Virus record (IMG/VR): IMGVR_UViG_3300037423_000296
Span: 11,541-75,540 of that record
Reading direction: 5' to 3' (one strand)
Source of the DNA: a virus
Lineage: Duplodnaviria > Heunggongvirae > Uroviricota > Caudoviricetes
Length of the DNA: 64,000 nt
Part shown: in pieces, positions 27,769 to 35,686 of the stretch
Layout: each line of letters begins with the position of its first letter
Position numbering within the stretch: the stretch's first letter is position 1
The notes under the pieces: model-generated
Told to the model about the DNA's origin: nothing
Seen by the model: only the letters and a program-made list of their open reading frames with translations
Databases searched by the model: none
Translations under genes and position numbers: made by a program

Positions 27769-28080
27769 GCCAGGGAAGTATACAACCGTGTGAGAAGTAA
27801 GGGCACTCATCCTTCCGGCACGGGCAAGCTCAAAAGCCCTCTCGCTGGTCAGAGACTCGTCGTCATTGTCATCAGCGTATTGGTCCATAACCCCGCCCTC
27901 AATGCCAAGAGACGTGAAGAATGCAAATACGTGCGACATGGCGTCGAACTCGATTCCGAAGCCCTCTGGCAAATCCCACCCGCCACGGTAAGCCGGGACA
28001 ATTGCGTCCTCGCCTTCGAATACATTCGCGGCTTCCAGCGCGGCCAGAACTTCCTTGCGACTGATGACCTTCTCCATCAT
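27754..28080 (-). CDS. paralog family A member 2 (C-terminal VYFPGWTLV)
   Basis: see member 1. Confidence 0.5.
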   Translation of the reverse strand: MMEKVISRKEVLAALEAANVFEGEDAIVPAYRGGWDLPEGFGIEFDAMSHVFAFFTSLGIEGGVMDQYADDNDDESLTSERAFELARAGRMSALTSHTVVYFPGWTLV

Positions 28081-28109
28081 GACTCCTTAGCTTGAGATTG
28101 TGGCTTCAC

Positions 28110-28361
28110 CTACACCATAATCAGGACAACTGTCCAGTACTTCTCCGTGCCACCCCATGCACCTCTCGGCACTGATTCGGCAATTGCGTTCATGCCCTGT
28201 TTCTGCAAACGTCGAGCTTCCCGGCGAGCTTCAATTTGTGACATCGGTCGGCCCAATGGACACTCTGGCAAATGAGCCTGCGTAACCCTCGCAAAACAAA
28301 CCGGGCATTCTGGGAAATAAACATTTGCCTCATCGTTCGGAATCATCGTCGCTCTCCGCAT
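28110..28361 (-). CDS. hypothetical Cys-rich protein
   Basis: ORF track; CPVC..CPLG. Confidence 0.4.
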   Translation of the reverse strand: MRRATMIPNDEANVYFPECPVCFARVTQAHLPECPLGRPMSQIEARREARRLQKQGMNAIAESVPRGAWGGTEKYWTVVLIMV

Positions 28362-28683
28362 CCAATAGCCTGATGTAAGCGCATCCGACAGAATGAGTCA
28401 TCGTCTTGGCACCCTTACCCACCTTCGGAGTGAGTTTGAATTTCGCGCCACAGGCTGGACAATCCTCGCCTCGTGCAATTGCTTCAAACCACTCGTCCAA
28501 TGGATTGGAGACATTGCCAGTAATGTCCAGCGGGTCACCATCGGCCTTGAGAGCCCAGCGGCGAAGCTGATGGGGAATGCCGGTCATCCCTTCGACAACC
28601 GGCTTTCCAGCCTCATCGTAGCCCAGCAATTTGACTCTCGGCGTATCGAGCACTTGTCGCTGTTGCTTAGTGAGCTTGTTCAT
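28330..28683 (-). CDS. hypothetical protein with CPACG / C..C motifs
   Basis: ORF track. Confidence 0.5.
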   Translation of the reverse strand: MNKLTKQQRQVLDTPRVKLLGYDEAGKPVVEGMTGIPHQLRRWALKADGDPLDITGNVSNPLDEWFEAIARGEDCPACGAKFKLTPKVGKGAKTMTHSVGCAYIRLLDAESDDDSER

Positions 28684-28994
28684 CAGTAGAGAGTCCAGCC
28701 CTTGAAGTACACCGTCAACTTTTCGGGGGTGTATTCCAGAGAAGCATCGTCAGCGAGCCCCTGAGCCTTCTCATCCTCGTAGTTGTACGTCTCACCGGTA
28801 CCGAGAACATATCCAGCCTCTCGACCCATCTGAGTAAAGAACCGAGCCACCTGAGCGAAGTTCTCAAAGTCAATGCAGAGGCAATCTCTCACGCCATCCT
28901 TGTTGACAATCTCGTAGGGGTTCAGGTTCGAAGAGCCCCCGGCCTTGTTCAAAGCGTAAACCACGCTGTCTCGGTCAATCTTGTTCAACGGCAT
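28683..28994 (-). CDS. paralog family A member 3 (C-terminal VYFKGWTLY)
   Basis: trimmed from ORF 28683..29111 to MPLNKIDRD; GGGAGG RBS. Confidence 0.5.
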   Translation of the reverse strand: MPLNKIDRDSVVYALNKAGGSSNLNPYEIVNKDGVRDCLCIDFENFAQVARFFTQMGREAGYVLGTGETYNYEDEKAQGLADDASLEYTPEKLTVYFKGWTLY

Positions 28995-29029
28995 GATGTC
29001 CTCCCCTAGCTCGTGATTGTTACAGGTAA

Positions 29030-29070
29030 AGCCTAACAAGAAAAGAGCCGGGGCACAATGGCCCCGGCTC
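29030..29070 (-). terminator. intrinsic terminator (gagccggggc/gccccggctc stem followed by U-run on minus strand)
   Basis: read in sequence downstream of 29077..30075. Confidence 0.65.
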
Positions 29071-29076
29071 AATTTC

Positions 29077-30075
29077 TTAGACAGCCGCCAGGAAGCGCTG
29101 CCAGACTGCATTCCGGCTGTCGTTGGTCACGTTGTCGAAACCAGCGCCAGCGGCAAACAGGTTCTCGTCCTTACCGGCGCGAACCTCACGGAACCACTGC
29201 TGGTGCTCAGTGACAGCGTTGAGACCCTTCCAGACCGTGTTGTCAAGGTTGCCCATGGACTCCGTACCGTTGCTCCAAATGGTCTCCAGAGCGTCAACCT
29301 TGAATTCCCACTTGCTCATCCGGCCACGGGTGTTGTCCTCAGGCTTCGGGTAAATGTCCTCAACAATCTTGAGGAAAGCGTCCTTGGTCATCTCGGCCTC
29401 AATCATGGCCTTGGCCTCAGCCTCAAAGGCGTCGTCGTAAGCCTGAGCGAATCCAAGGGCGGCCTGAGCGTCGGCCAGCTTGGTCTCCATACCCTGAGTG
29501 TGACGAATGCGGAATTCGTCTCCACGCTCGCCCAGAGCCACGTTGAGGGTGTTCTGACAAACAACCCTCACGTTCGTCTTCTTGGCAATCAGGGTGCCGG
29601 AACCATCGTGCGAGGAGGTCAGCATCAGATAGCGCTTGATGACATCCTTGGAACCCTTCGGGTCCAGCACGATATCGTTGGTCTCAACCAGCGTGGCAAA
29701 TACCTGAGCACCACCCTTGATAGAACCGGCAGTCTCCCAGCGGCGACGGCCATTCGTGAGCTTGTCTCCGAAGTCGAAAATCGACTCGTTGGAGAAGATG
29801 TTGTAACGCTTGCCAACCGTGCCCAGAACATCCTTCTGGCCCTTCTTGAAGGGGTTGTCACGGATGACGAGCTTGGCTTCCTTGGCAAAGTTGTAGTGCG
29901 GAAGCTCTTCCTTCAGGTCAAGGAAGCGAATGTTCCAACCGTGAAGGTGAGCGAGCTTGAGCATTTCCTCAGTGGAAACCGGCTTGTCGAAGACGGTACC
30001 GAGTCGGTGCCAGGCGGGCTCACGCAGGGAAGCGAAAGCAGCCAGGTCGCCGTAGGTCTCGATTCCTGCGGGCAT
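29077..30075 (-). CDS. hypothetical protein, 332 aa, likely highly expressed (own promoter, AGGAGGA RBS, terminator); function unknown
   Basis: ORF track; regulatory context. Confidence 0.65.
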   Translation of the reverse strand: MPAGIETYGDLAAFASLREPAWHRLGTVFDKPVSTEEMLKLAHLHGWNIRFLDLKEELPHYNFAKEAKLVIRDNPFKKGQKDVLGTVGKRYNIFSNESIFDFGDKLTNGRRRWETAGSIKGGAQVFATLVETNDIVLDPKGSKDVIKRYLMLTSSHDGSGTLIAKKTNVRVVCQNTLNVALGERGDEFRIRHTQGMETKLADAQAALGFAQAYDDAFEAEAKAMIEAEMTKDAFLKIVEDIYPKPEDNTRGRMSKWEFKVDALETIWSNGTESMGNLDNTVWKGLNAVTEHQQWFREVRAGKDENLFAAGAGFDNVTNDSRNAVWQRFLAAV

Positions 30076-30112
30076 TATGTCCTCCTAGTGTCTGTTTGAC
30101 TTGGTACCTAGT

Positions 30113-30141
30113 ACTCTACCGGAGTCTACCTAGACTGTCAA
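30113..30141 (-). promoter_or_regulatory. promoter TTGACA-N17-TAGAGT
   Basis: perfect -35, consensus -10. Confidence 0.6.
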
Positions 30142-30169
30142 GCACCCAGCCTAGGTAGACTTTGTGGCC

Positions 30170-30409
30170 TCAGTCACTCAGGGTGAGCCGACGATACTCC
30201 ACCTCTGCCTCGCGGACAGCCTGAAAGAATGCCTCAATTTCGCGGGGTTCATCCGTGAATGCGTCCACGAAATCATCAGCAGTCTGGACTTTTGTCAAGA
30301 TGACAGAGACGTAGGGCTTCCGAATTCCACCACTGATATTGTGCTCCTTTACGGTGACATCAATATCAATATTTTCGTGCCCGTAGGCATCCTCGAATTC
30401 AGCAGCCAT
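30170..30409 (-). CDS. paralog pair B member 1
   Basis: shares C-terminal (E/A)FF(Q/R)xV(R/E)EA..Y(R/Y)RL motif with neighbour. Confidence 0.5.
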   Translation of the reverse strand: MAAEFEDAYGHENIDIDVTVKEHNISGGIRKPYVSVILTKVQTADDFVDAFTDEPREIEAFFQAVREAEVEYRRLTLSD

Positions 30410-30627
30410 TACTTGTCAGCCTTGAGACGGTAGTAATCCTTCTTGGCCTCTTCGACTTGCCGGAAGAACTCTTCGATGTCCTCGTGACTGTCCGTCTGAA
30501 ACTCGATGGTCTTCCCGTCGTCACTCTCGAAAATCACCGCCATGAACAGGGTCTCATCTACCTCGCAGGTAATGTCGAATCGAACCTGTTCGCTGCCGTA
30601 ATTGACATTCTCCAGAAATGCGGTCAT
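30409..30627 (-). CDS. paralog pair B member 2
   Basis: see member 1. Confidence 0.5.
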   Translation of the reverse strand: MTAFLENVNYGSEQVRFDITCEVDETLFMAVIFESDDGKTIEFQTDSHEDIEEFFRQVEEAKKDYYRLKADK

Positions 30628-30636
30628 CGCTACCTC

Positions 30637-30984
30637 CTACATCTTGAACTGGTCGAGCGTATCCTTCAGGCGCATTGCATCTCTGGCAACATCGTCTTGA
30701 TAAACCCCGTGCTCCCACTGAGACGCATAGTGCTTGATGATGCCAATAGCAATACCAAGAATCCGCCGACGCATTTCATTGCCGCCTTCTACGGCAAGCA
30801 GGTAGGCAAATGACGAAGTATCGAATGACATCTTATCCAGAAGTCCTACAAGGGTGCGTGCAGCCTTGCCTTCTGGAGTCCTGTAGTTGGTTGTACCTCT
30901 GTCGTAATGTGCGGAGCTTGGGATGTCTGGCTGGTTAATACCTCCACCACCATAGCCACCGAATTGAAAAGACCTTCCACTCAT
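30637..30984 (-). CDS. hypothetical protein (Gly-rich N-terminus)
   Basis: ORF track. Confidence 0.5.
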   Translation of the reverse strand: MSGRSFQFGGYGGGGINQPDIPSSAHYDRGTTNYRTPEGKAARTLVGLLDKMSFDTSSFAYLLAVEGGNEMRRRILGIAIGIIKHYASQWEHGVYQDDVARDAMRLKDTLDQFKM

Positions 30985-30997
30985 TCAGTACCCCGAT

Positions 30998-31579
30998 TCA
31001 GTTGTCGTCGCTGACGGAAACTCCACCCTCAGGCCATCCCTTTCGGACTCCCCAAGAGCCGTTCACCTTAGCGTGCCACTTCTTCCCAGTCTTGTCAATG
31101 AAGTGCGTGAAACCCTCGCTGTCAGGAAACTCGCTCACAACCCTGAGAGTCATGCCCTGCGGGTTGCAGACGAAGTTACCGAAGGCGAACACCTTCTCGT
31201 ACCACGAAAGCGGCGGGTGAGTCGGCTTACCATCCTCGCCAAGCTTGACAGCGTTGGACGGCTTACCCTCAACGATGACAGCCTCACGACTATTGTTCGG
31301 GGTTGAAGCCTTGCGAATCCGCTTCGGGCCACTTTCAGCCCGCTCCTGCGCCGCAAGAACGTGCGCCGGAAGCTTAAAGACGACACCCTCAGACTCAGCC
31401 TTGGCAATAGCCTCCTTGGCAGCAGGACTCATTCGGCCCCGGCCCATCTTGGCAAGTCCGAGACTCGCGGCATACTCACGCGCAGTCATCTCCGAACGCT
31501 TGTCCATAGTTGCAGTAAGCACTTTCTCTCCTTCAGTAGGTTGTGTCTCAACCCTAACAGACTCAAGTTTGGGAGTCAA
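30998..31579 (-). CDS. protein with Lsr2-type C-terminal-domain-like DNA-binding motif (REYAASLGLAKMGRGRMSPAAKEAIAKA) near N-terminus
   Basis: spacing-identical match to REWARKNGYDINARGRIPFSVMDAFTKA of the Lsr2 at 62317. Confidence 0.55.
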   Translation of the reverse strand: MTPKLESVRVETQPTEGEKVLTATMDKRSEMTAREYAASLGLAKMGRGRMSPAAKEAIAKAESEGVVFKLPAHVLAAQERAESGPKRIRKASTPNNSREAVIVEGKPSNAVKLGEDGKPTHPPLSWYEKVFAFGNFVCNPQGMTLRVVSEFPDSEGFTHFIDKTGKKWHAKVNGSWGVRKGWPEGGVSVSDDN

Positions 31580-31732
31580 GAGCTAGCTCAAAAGAATCCC
31601 GGCGATTATCGCGAGTGCAACAATCGTAAGGATACCTAAACAGCTACCACATCCGCCAGTGTTAAGAGGCAGGGTATCTCTGATTTCCCCCGCCTCTATC
31701 CGGTCGTCTCTTGTCAGAGACCGGTAAAGCAG

Positions 31733-31978
31733 TCACCGAATGGCGACGGCAAGCTCCCGAGCGGTAGCCTTCGGCAGGCGACCCTTCGACGGAACCTCCA
31801 GACCCAGGAAGTCGCCCAGTTCGCGAGCGGTCTTCGGCTGAGTCACAAGGTAGTCAGCGATGACATCTACGGAAACCCGCCCAATGCTGCCGACAGCCTT
31901 TCCAGCCTCACGAGCGTGCTCACGAGCCGCGTTCGCGATGTTGGAGGTGTCCAGTACGAGAGTAGTGTACTTAGCCAT
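31733..31978 (-). CDS. hypothetical protein
   Basis: ORF track. Confidence 0.5.
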   Translation of the reverse strand: MAKYTTLVLDTSNIANAAREHAREAGKAVGSIGRVSVDVIADYLVTQPKTARELGDFLGLEVPSKGRLPKATARELAVAIR

Positions 31979-32030
31979 TTCAGTTTCTCCTTCTTGTTCC
32001 GGTTGTGGGCTTGTTGCCCCGTTGAGTAAG

Positions 32031-32060
32031 ACTCTAGGGCCAGACTGTCTAGCTTGTCAA
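32031..32060 (-). promoter_or_regulatory. promoter TTGACA-N18-TAGAGT
   Basis: consensus match. Confidence 0.5.
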
Positions 32061-32074
32061 CCCTACTTCCCGAA

Positions 32075-32380
32075 TTAGTTTTGGGCAGTTGCCGGAAGGT
32101 AGTAGATGTCGTTGCCTACAAGGTAGGCAGCCTGAGCCTCAGTCACAGGCTGACGAGTCTGGACATCCACATACTTACCGATAGAGCAGACGTAACGAAG
32201 CCGGTTCCACCGTGACACCTCCGCGTGAGGACGGATAACCTTCTCCGTCGCCTCTGTCACGACTCCCCGCAACTTCCCATTGATTGCTACGTCCTGTAGA
32301 ACCACAGTCTTTACCTTGACAACCTTACCCTTGATGTTGAGAGCAAGTCCATCACTGGTTTGATTCACTGCACCACGCAT
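32075..32380 (-). CDS. hypothetical protein
   Basis: ORF track; AGGAGGA RBS. Confidence 0.5.
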   Translation of the reverse strand: MRGAVNQTSDGLALNIKGKVVKVKTVVLQDVAINGKLRGVVTEATEKVIRPHAEVSRWNRLRYVCSIGKYVDVQTRQPVTEAQAAYLVGNDIYYLPATAQN

Positions 32381-32424
32381 TTACGTATCCTCCTGGGGGT
32401 TGGAGCTAATTAACTTGTAGCCAG

Positions 32425-32453
32425 ACACTATCGGTAACTCTCGTGCCTGTCAA
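32425..32453 (-). promoter_or_regulatory. promoter TTGACA-N17-TAGTGT
   Basis: consensus match. Confidence 0.55.
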
Positions 32454-32510
32454 CTCTGTGTGTCTGATTAGTCGCTACTTATCTCGGTGTAATTTCGTAC
32501 TGAGTCTACT

Positions 32511-32684
32511 CGAAAGTGCGTTCGAGTGCAATCTTTCAAACGATTGATTCAATCGAACGTTTGTTCGAATACCTCGCGGGGCTGTCGAACAGGTGTTCGG
32601 TTGCTCGCGGGCACCCGAAACCAATTTTTGCCCTTTACGAAAGGGTCCAAAAGTGTACGGGACTTTTTCGCCCTTTACGAAAGG
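32511..32684. promoter_or_regulatory. regulatory region with CGAAMR-NN-YGTTCG palindromes (32511, 32554, 32586) and two CCCTTTACGAAAGG hairpin motifs 40 bp apart (32631, 32671)
   Basis: direct reading. Confidence 0.6.
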
Positions 32685-32869
32685 TCACCGATTTCGACGG
32701 GACTTAAAATCCGAGATTCGGATTGCTCGTGTGTACGTCGTCGGAATTCCGGCTCCTCGTACTCAATCTCTTCTTCCGGCCAATCAAATTCCACAAGACC
32801 ATACCAGACTTCTGTGCTGGGGTCTACAATTAACTCGACATACATGATGCCTCCCGAGTTAATTATACC

Positions 32870-33283
32870 TCAAAGACCCTCATTATCATATCTGGCATGG
32901 GCACAACGAATCTCTTCGTTCAAGTCCTTGATTTCGTTCTCAGCGTAGGCAAGGTCTTCTTCAAGAGCCCTGATTTTCTCGTATTGAGCGTAGTTGTCAT
33001 CCATGAGAACCCCGCAGTTTTTGCACAAGGTGTCCCAGTTCAGCGCGTCCTCGTTGAGAATTAGAATGCGCGTAGCCATCTCTTCCTGAGAGAACCAACC
33101 AGCCTCATCGTACTGCTGGACAAGCCTCAGTGCCTCCTTAAATGCCGGAAGCTCACGATATCTCTCTTTGAATAGCTCTGCCATATCAGCCCCAGATGAC
33201 GACTTTGGTTTCGACCTGTGGGTCGTCGCCGTACTCGCCGTTCTCGATGTCTTCCCAGGAAGCCGGGTATTCGTCTCCGTCAA
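32870..33283 (-). CDS. hypothetical protein
   Basis: ORF track. Confidence 0.45.
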   Translation of the reverse strand: MTETNTRLPGKTSRTASTATTHRSKPKSSSGADMAELFKERYRELPAFKEALRLVQQYDEAGWFSQEEMATRILILNEDALNWDTLCKNCGVLMDDNYAQYEKIRALEEDLAYAENEIKDLNEEIRCAHARYDNEGL

Positions 33284-33410
33284 CGAACTTCTCCTCCTGA
33301 ATACACCAGATGGTGTCGAAGCCGTTACCCTCTTCGTCCTTCGATTTAATGATGGGCAAGTCCTGGTTGAACTTCAGTAGTTCCTTTACCACATCTCCTA
33401 CGGTGTTCAC
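33186..33410 (-). CDS. hypothetical protein
   Basis: ORF track. Confidence 0.4.
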   Translation of the reverse strand: MNTVGDVVKELLKFNQDLPIIKSKDEEGNGFDTIWCIQEEKFVDGDEYPASWEDIENGEYGDDPQVETKVVIWG

Positions 33411-33592
33411 TCAACACTCCTTAGCTTGTCAGCGTGCTTGATAATCCATCTGGCAAGAGAACTTTCGGCATCTACCAATGCGGCGTATTCAACGTCCTGC
33501 AATTGCCACGCCTCAAACTTCTTCCTCGCCTTGTCATAGGCCTTGCGTGCCTCGGTTGCTCGTGTTATAAGCAGAGCCAGCTTCTCGTTCAT
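33407..33592 (-). CDS. hypothetical protein
   Basis: ORF track; CCTTTCGTAAAGGG motif immediately upstream of ATG. Confidence 0.45.
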   Translation of the reverse strand: MNEKLALLITRATEARKAYDKARKKFEAWQLQDVEYAALVDAESSLARWIIKHADKLRSVE

Positions 33593-33628
33593 TTTACCCC
33601 TTTACGAAAGGTCTCCAGAAGTCATGGA

Positions 33629-33656
33629 GAAACCCGGCCTTTTTCGACCGGGTTTC
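33629..33656. repeat. hairpin gaaacccgg-N10-ccgggtttc (possible terminator)
   Basis: read in sequence. Confidence 0.45.
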
Positions 33657-33727
33657 AACCAGAATACAACCAGATGACCAGAAATGCGACCGAAAATCCA
33701 GCCAAAAGCCCCAGTGTGACTAGAATT

Positions 33728-33943
33728 CTACCCAATAACTAGCAAATCCCTCGGTGCAAACCAGAGAGTGGAAATGCTACGACCAATCTCGTCTCTCGAC
33801 TCTTCAGAGAGGACTACCTTGACGGTTCGCTCGGGGTTGATTGGCCCTCTGTCACGCATCTCGCGGACGTGGCCGAAAAGTGTCTTGGTACCCCACTGAG
33901 ATGTCCATTCTGGTGTGGTTCTGACTCTATCTCCGATGTTCAT
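33728..33943 (-). CDS. hypothetical protein
   Basis: ORF track. Confidence 0.45.
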   Translation of the reverse strand: MNIGDRVRTTPEWTSQWGTKTLFGHVREMRDRGPINPERTVKVVLSEESRDEIGRSISTLWFAPRDLLVIG

Positions 33944-34176
33944 TCTACCTCCACCCGAGTGATTGCTCCACCGTCGTCAATGTAGAAGAAGCCCCCTTCC
34001 TTAGACCCGCCGACTGCCCGGTTACCATGCAAGTCGGGGTAGGCAAGGATGTCTTGAACAGTACAGCCGTTCTCTTTGTCCTGCTCTCGACGGGCATCCT
34101 CGAAGTTCCAAAAGGCTCGTGGTCCTGAGTTCCGACCTTCATAAATCCAAACTATAGCCAAATTGTTATGCCTCAA
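33940..34176 (-). CDS. hypothetical protein
   Basis: ORF track. Confidence 0.45.
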   Translation of the reverse strand: MRHNNLAIVWIYEGRNSGPRAFWNFEDARREQDKENGCTVQDILAYPDLHGNRAVGGSKEGGFFYIDDGGAITRVEVE

Positions 34177-34571
34177 ATCTTGTCGTTATAGAAATCATCA
34201 AGTAGTGAGTCAATGTCCATTACCTCTTCGCCCTCAGGCACCAGAACGCGGGTCTGGTCAAGGAAGAGGCTCACCTCATTGAGCGGGTACAGAACGTTCT
34301 GGTAGCCGCCGTCGAATCGTAGGTGCATGCCTACCATTAGCTGTGTGACCGAAAAACTGATTGAACCTTCACCGGCATATCCCATTGCTCGTTCACGGTT
34401 CACTACCGGCTGTACAGCTTCGCTCAGTAGCTCCCGGCCAAAGATAATGTCCGCGCCGGTCACGTTCTGTAGCCTAATCTCGAATGGTCGAGTCTCGTCG
34501 TAAATGAAATTGGTAACCATTTTCTGGTCACCGCCGACGCCTACATGACCTGTAATTGGGCGTGCAAACAT
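34173..34571 (-). CDS. SsgB/SsgA-like protein (SALP family) homolog
   Basis: recalled alignment to S. coelicolor SsgB: YDETRPFEI.. vs YDTADPYAV.., IIFGRELLSEAV vs WVFARDLLAEGL, SLFLDQTRVLVPEGEE vs SFLKRTDAAVPPGTE; ATG start chosen (track used GTG upstream). Confidence 0.6.
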   Translation of the reverse strand: MFARPITGHVGVGGDQKMVTNFIYDETRPFEIRLQNVTGADIIFGRELLSEAVQPVVNRERAMGYAGEGSISFSVTQLMVGMHLRFDGGYQNVLYPLNEVSLFLDQTRVLVPEGEEVMDIDSLLDDFYNDKI

Positions 34572-34798
34572 GCCCCAGTTCCCCACCTCTCGTGTCCCCT
34601 GCTCCCCCACCTTGCCCTCTGCTGGACACGATGCTGGGAGGAATCCTACCTGTTAAACGGTTTGAGCCGCAAAGCGTTACGTAACGCTTAGGTCTCGGCC
34701 TGTCCACAGCCTGTGGACATCCTATGTCACCTGTAGTGACACTACAAGTCCACGGAGTGACAAGACCGGGTTCCTTTACGAAACCCGGTCTACGACAA

Positions 34799-35686
34799 TT
34801 ACTTACTTGGTGCTACGATGCCAACACCCGAAGAGCCAGAGCAATTCCAGCCAGCGGGAAGAGGACCATTCTTGTTCTGGTCCCAGTTATTCGTGACATC
34901 AAGGCAAAAGCGCTGGTTAGCCTGAGGAGTCAGAATGCCAGACTTCTCACGAATCTCAGCAGTCTTGGCCTCAGTCAAAGCCTTTTGACGCTCAAGCTCA
35001 GCACGAGCCAAATCCTGTTGAGCAATGACAACCTTCTCAATGCTGGCCTGCGTCTTCTCGTCCAAGCCTACATTGGTAACCCGGACATTATCAACTTCAA
35101 GACCATACTTCGCAAAGTCCAAAGAAAGCTGAGTCTTGACGGCTTCAGAAATCTCATTTCCCTTTGCCTGAGCATCAGTCGGAATGTACTTGCCAGCAGC
35201 ATCACGAACTGCTGCCTCGGCACTGTTCTGCACAAGTTCCTTCTGAACCCGCTTAAAGGACTTGTAACGCTCCCACAGAGCCTTGGCTTCCTTGTCAGAA
35301 ATCTTCCAAGAGACGGTAGCAGCAATCGAACCCTGACCGCCGCCCTTGTAAGTGACATTGACGCGGTTCACGTGCACAACGTTGTCATCATTGTCGTCAC
35401 CACCATCAAGGTAGAGAGTCTGAATCTGAGTGCTGAACTCTTCGACCGAAGAAGTCGGGTTGGTCCAGTGGAATCCGTTGTCCAGCGTCTTCTGGTACTT
35501 CCCGAAGCCGGTCTGAATTCCGACAGACCGGGCTGAAACAGTGGTAGCCGAACAGATACCAAAGACCAGCAACCAGAGCATAATAACCGCTCCAGCCGCA
35601 ATCTTACCACCGGTCGTGACGAACGCAAAGCCAATTGATACGACAAATGCAATCGCCAGGATGATGGTCAGAATGATGAACAGCAA
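34799..35686 (-). CDS. SPFH/band-7 (stomatin/prohibitin/HflK-like) membrane protein
   Basis: N-terminal TM segments then band-7 core and coiled-coil (AQQDLARAELERQKALTEAK). Confidence 0.8.
   Translation of the reverse strand: MLFIILTIILAIAFVVSIGFAFVTTGGKIAAGAVIMLWLLVFGICSATTVSARSVGIQTGFGKYQKTLDNGFHWTNPTSSVEEFSTQIQTLYLDGGDDNDDNVVHVNRVNVTYKGGGQGSIAATVSWKISDKEAKALWERYKSFKRVQKELVQNSAEAAVRDAAGKYIPTDAQAKGNEISEAVKTQLSLDFAKYGLEVDNVRVTNVGLDEKTQASIEKVVIAQQDLARAELERQKALTEAKTAEIREKSGILTPQANQRFCLDVTNNWDQNKNGPLPAGWNCSGSSGVGIVAPSK

Noticed and set aside
28683-29111. N-terminal extension of the third paralog (MQSGSASWRLSKK...)
   Set aside because: The extension overlaps the 3' end and terminator of the 29077..30075 gene. 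An internal ATG with a GGGAGG RBS gives a protein the same size as its paralogs.
29077-30075. Major capsid protein call
   Set aside because: It is attractive because of the strong expression signals. But there are no neighbouring morphogenesis genes and the size is small for a large phage, so it is left as a hypothetical highly expressed protein.
34572-34610. Upstream GTG start for the SsgB-like gene
   Set aside because: The ATG at 34571 gives a length matching SsgB and has a GGTGGGG RBS-like element. The GTG extension adds a Gly/Glu-rich low-complexity N-terminus.
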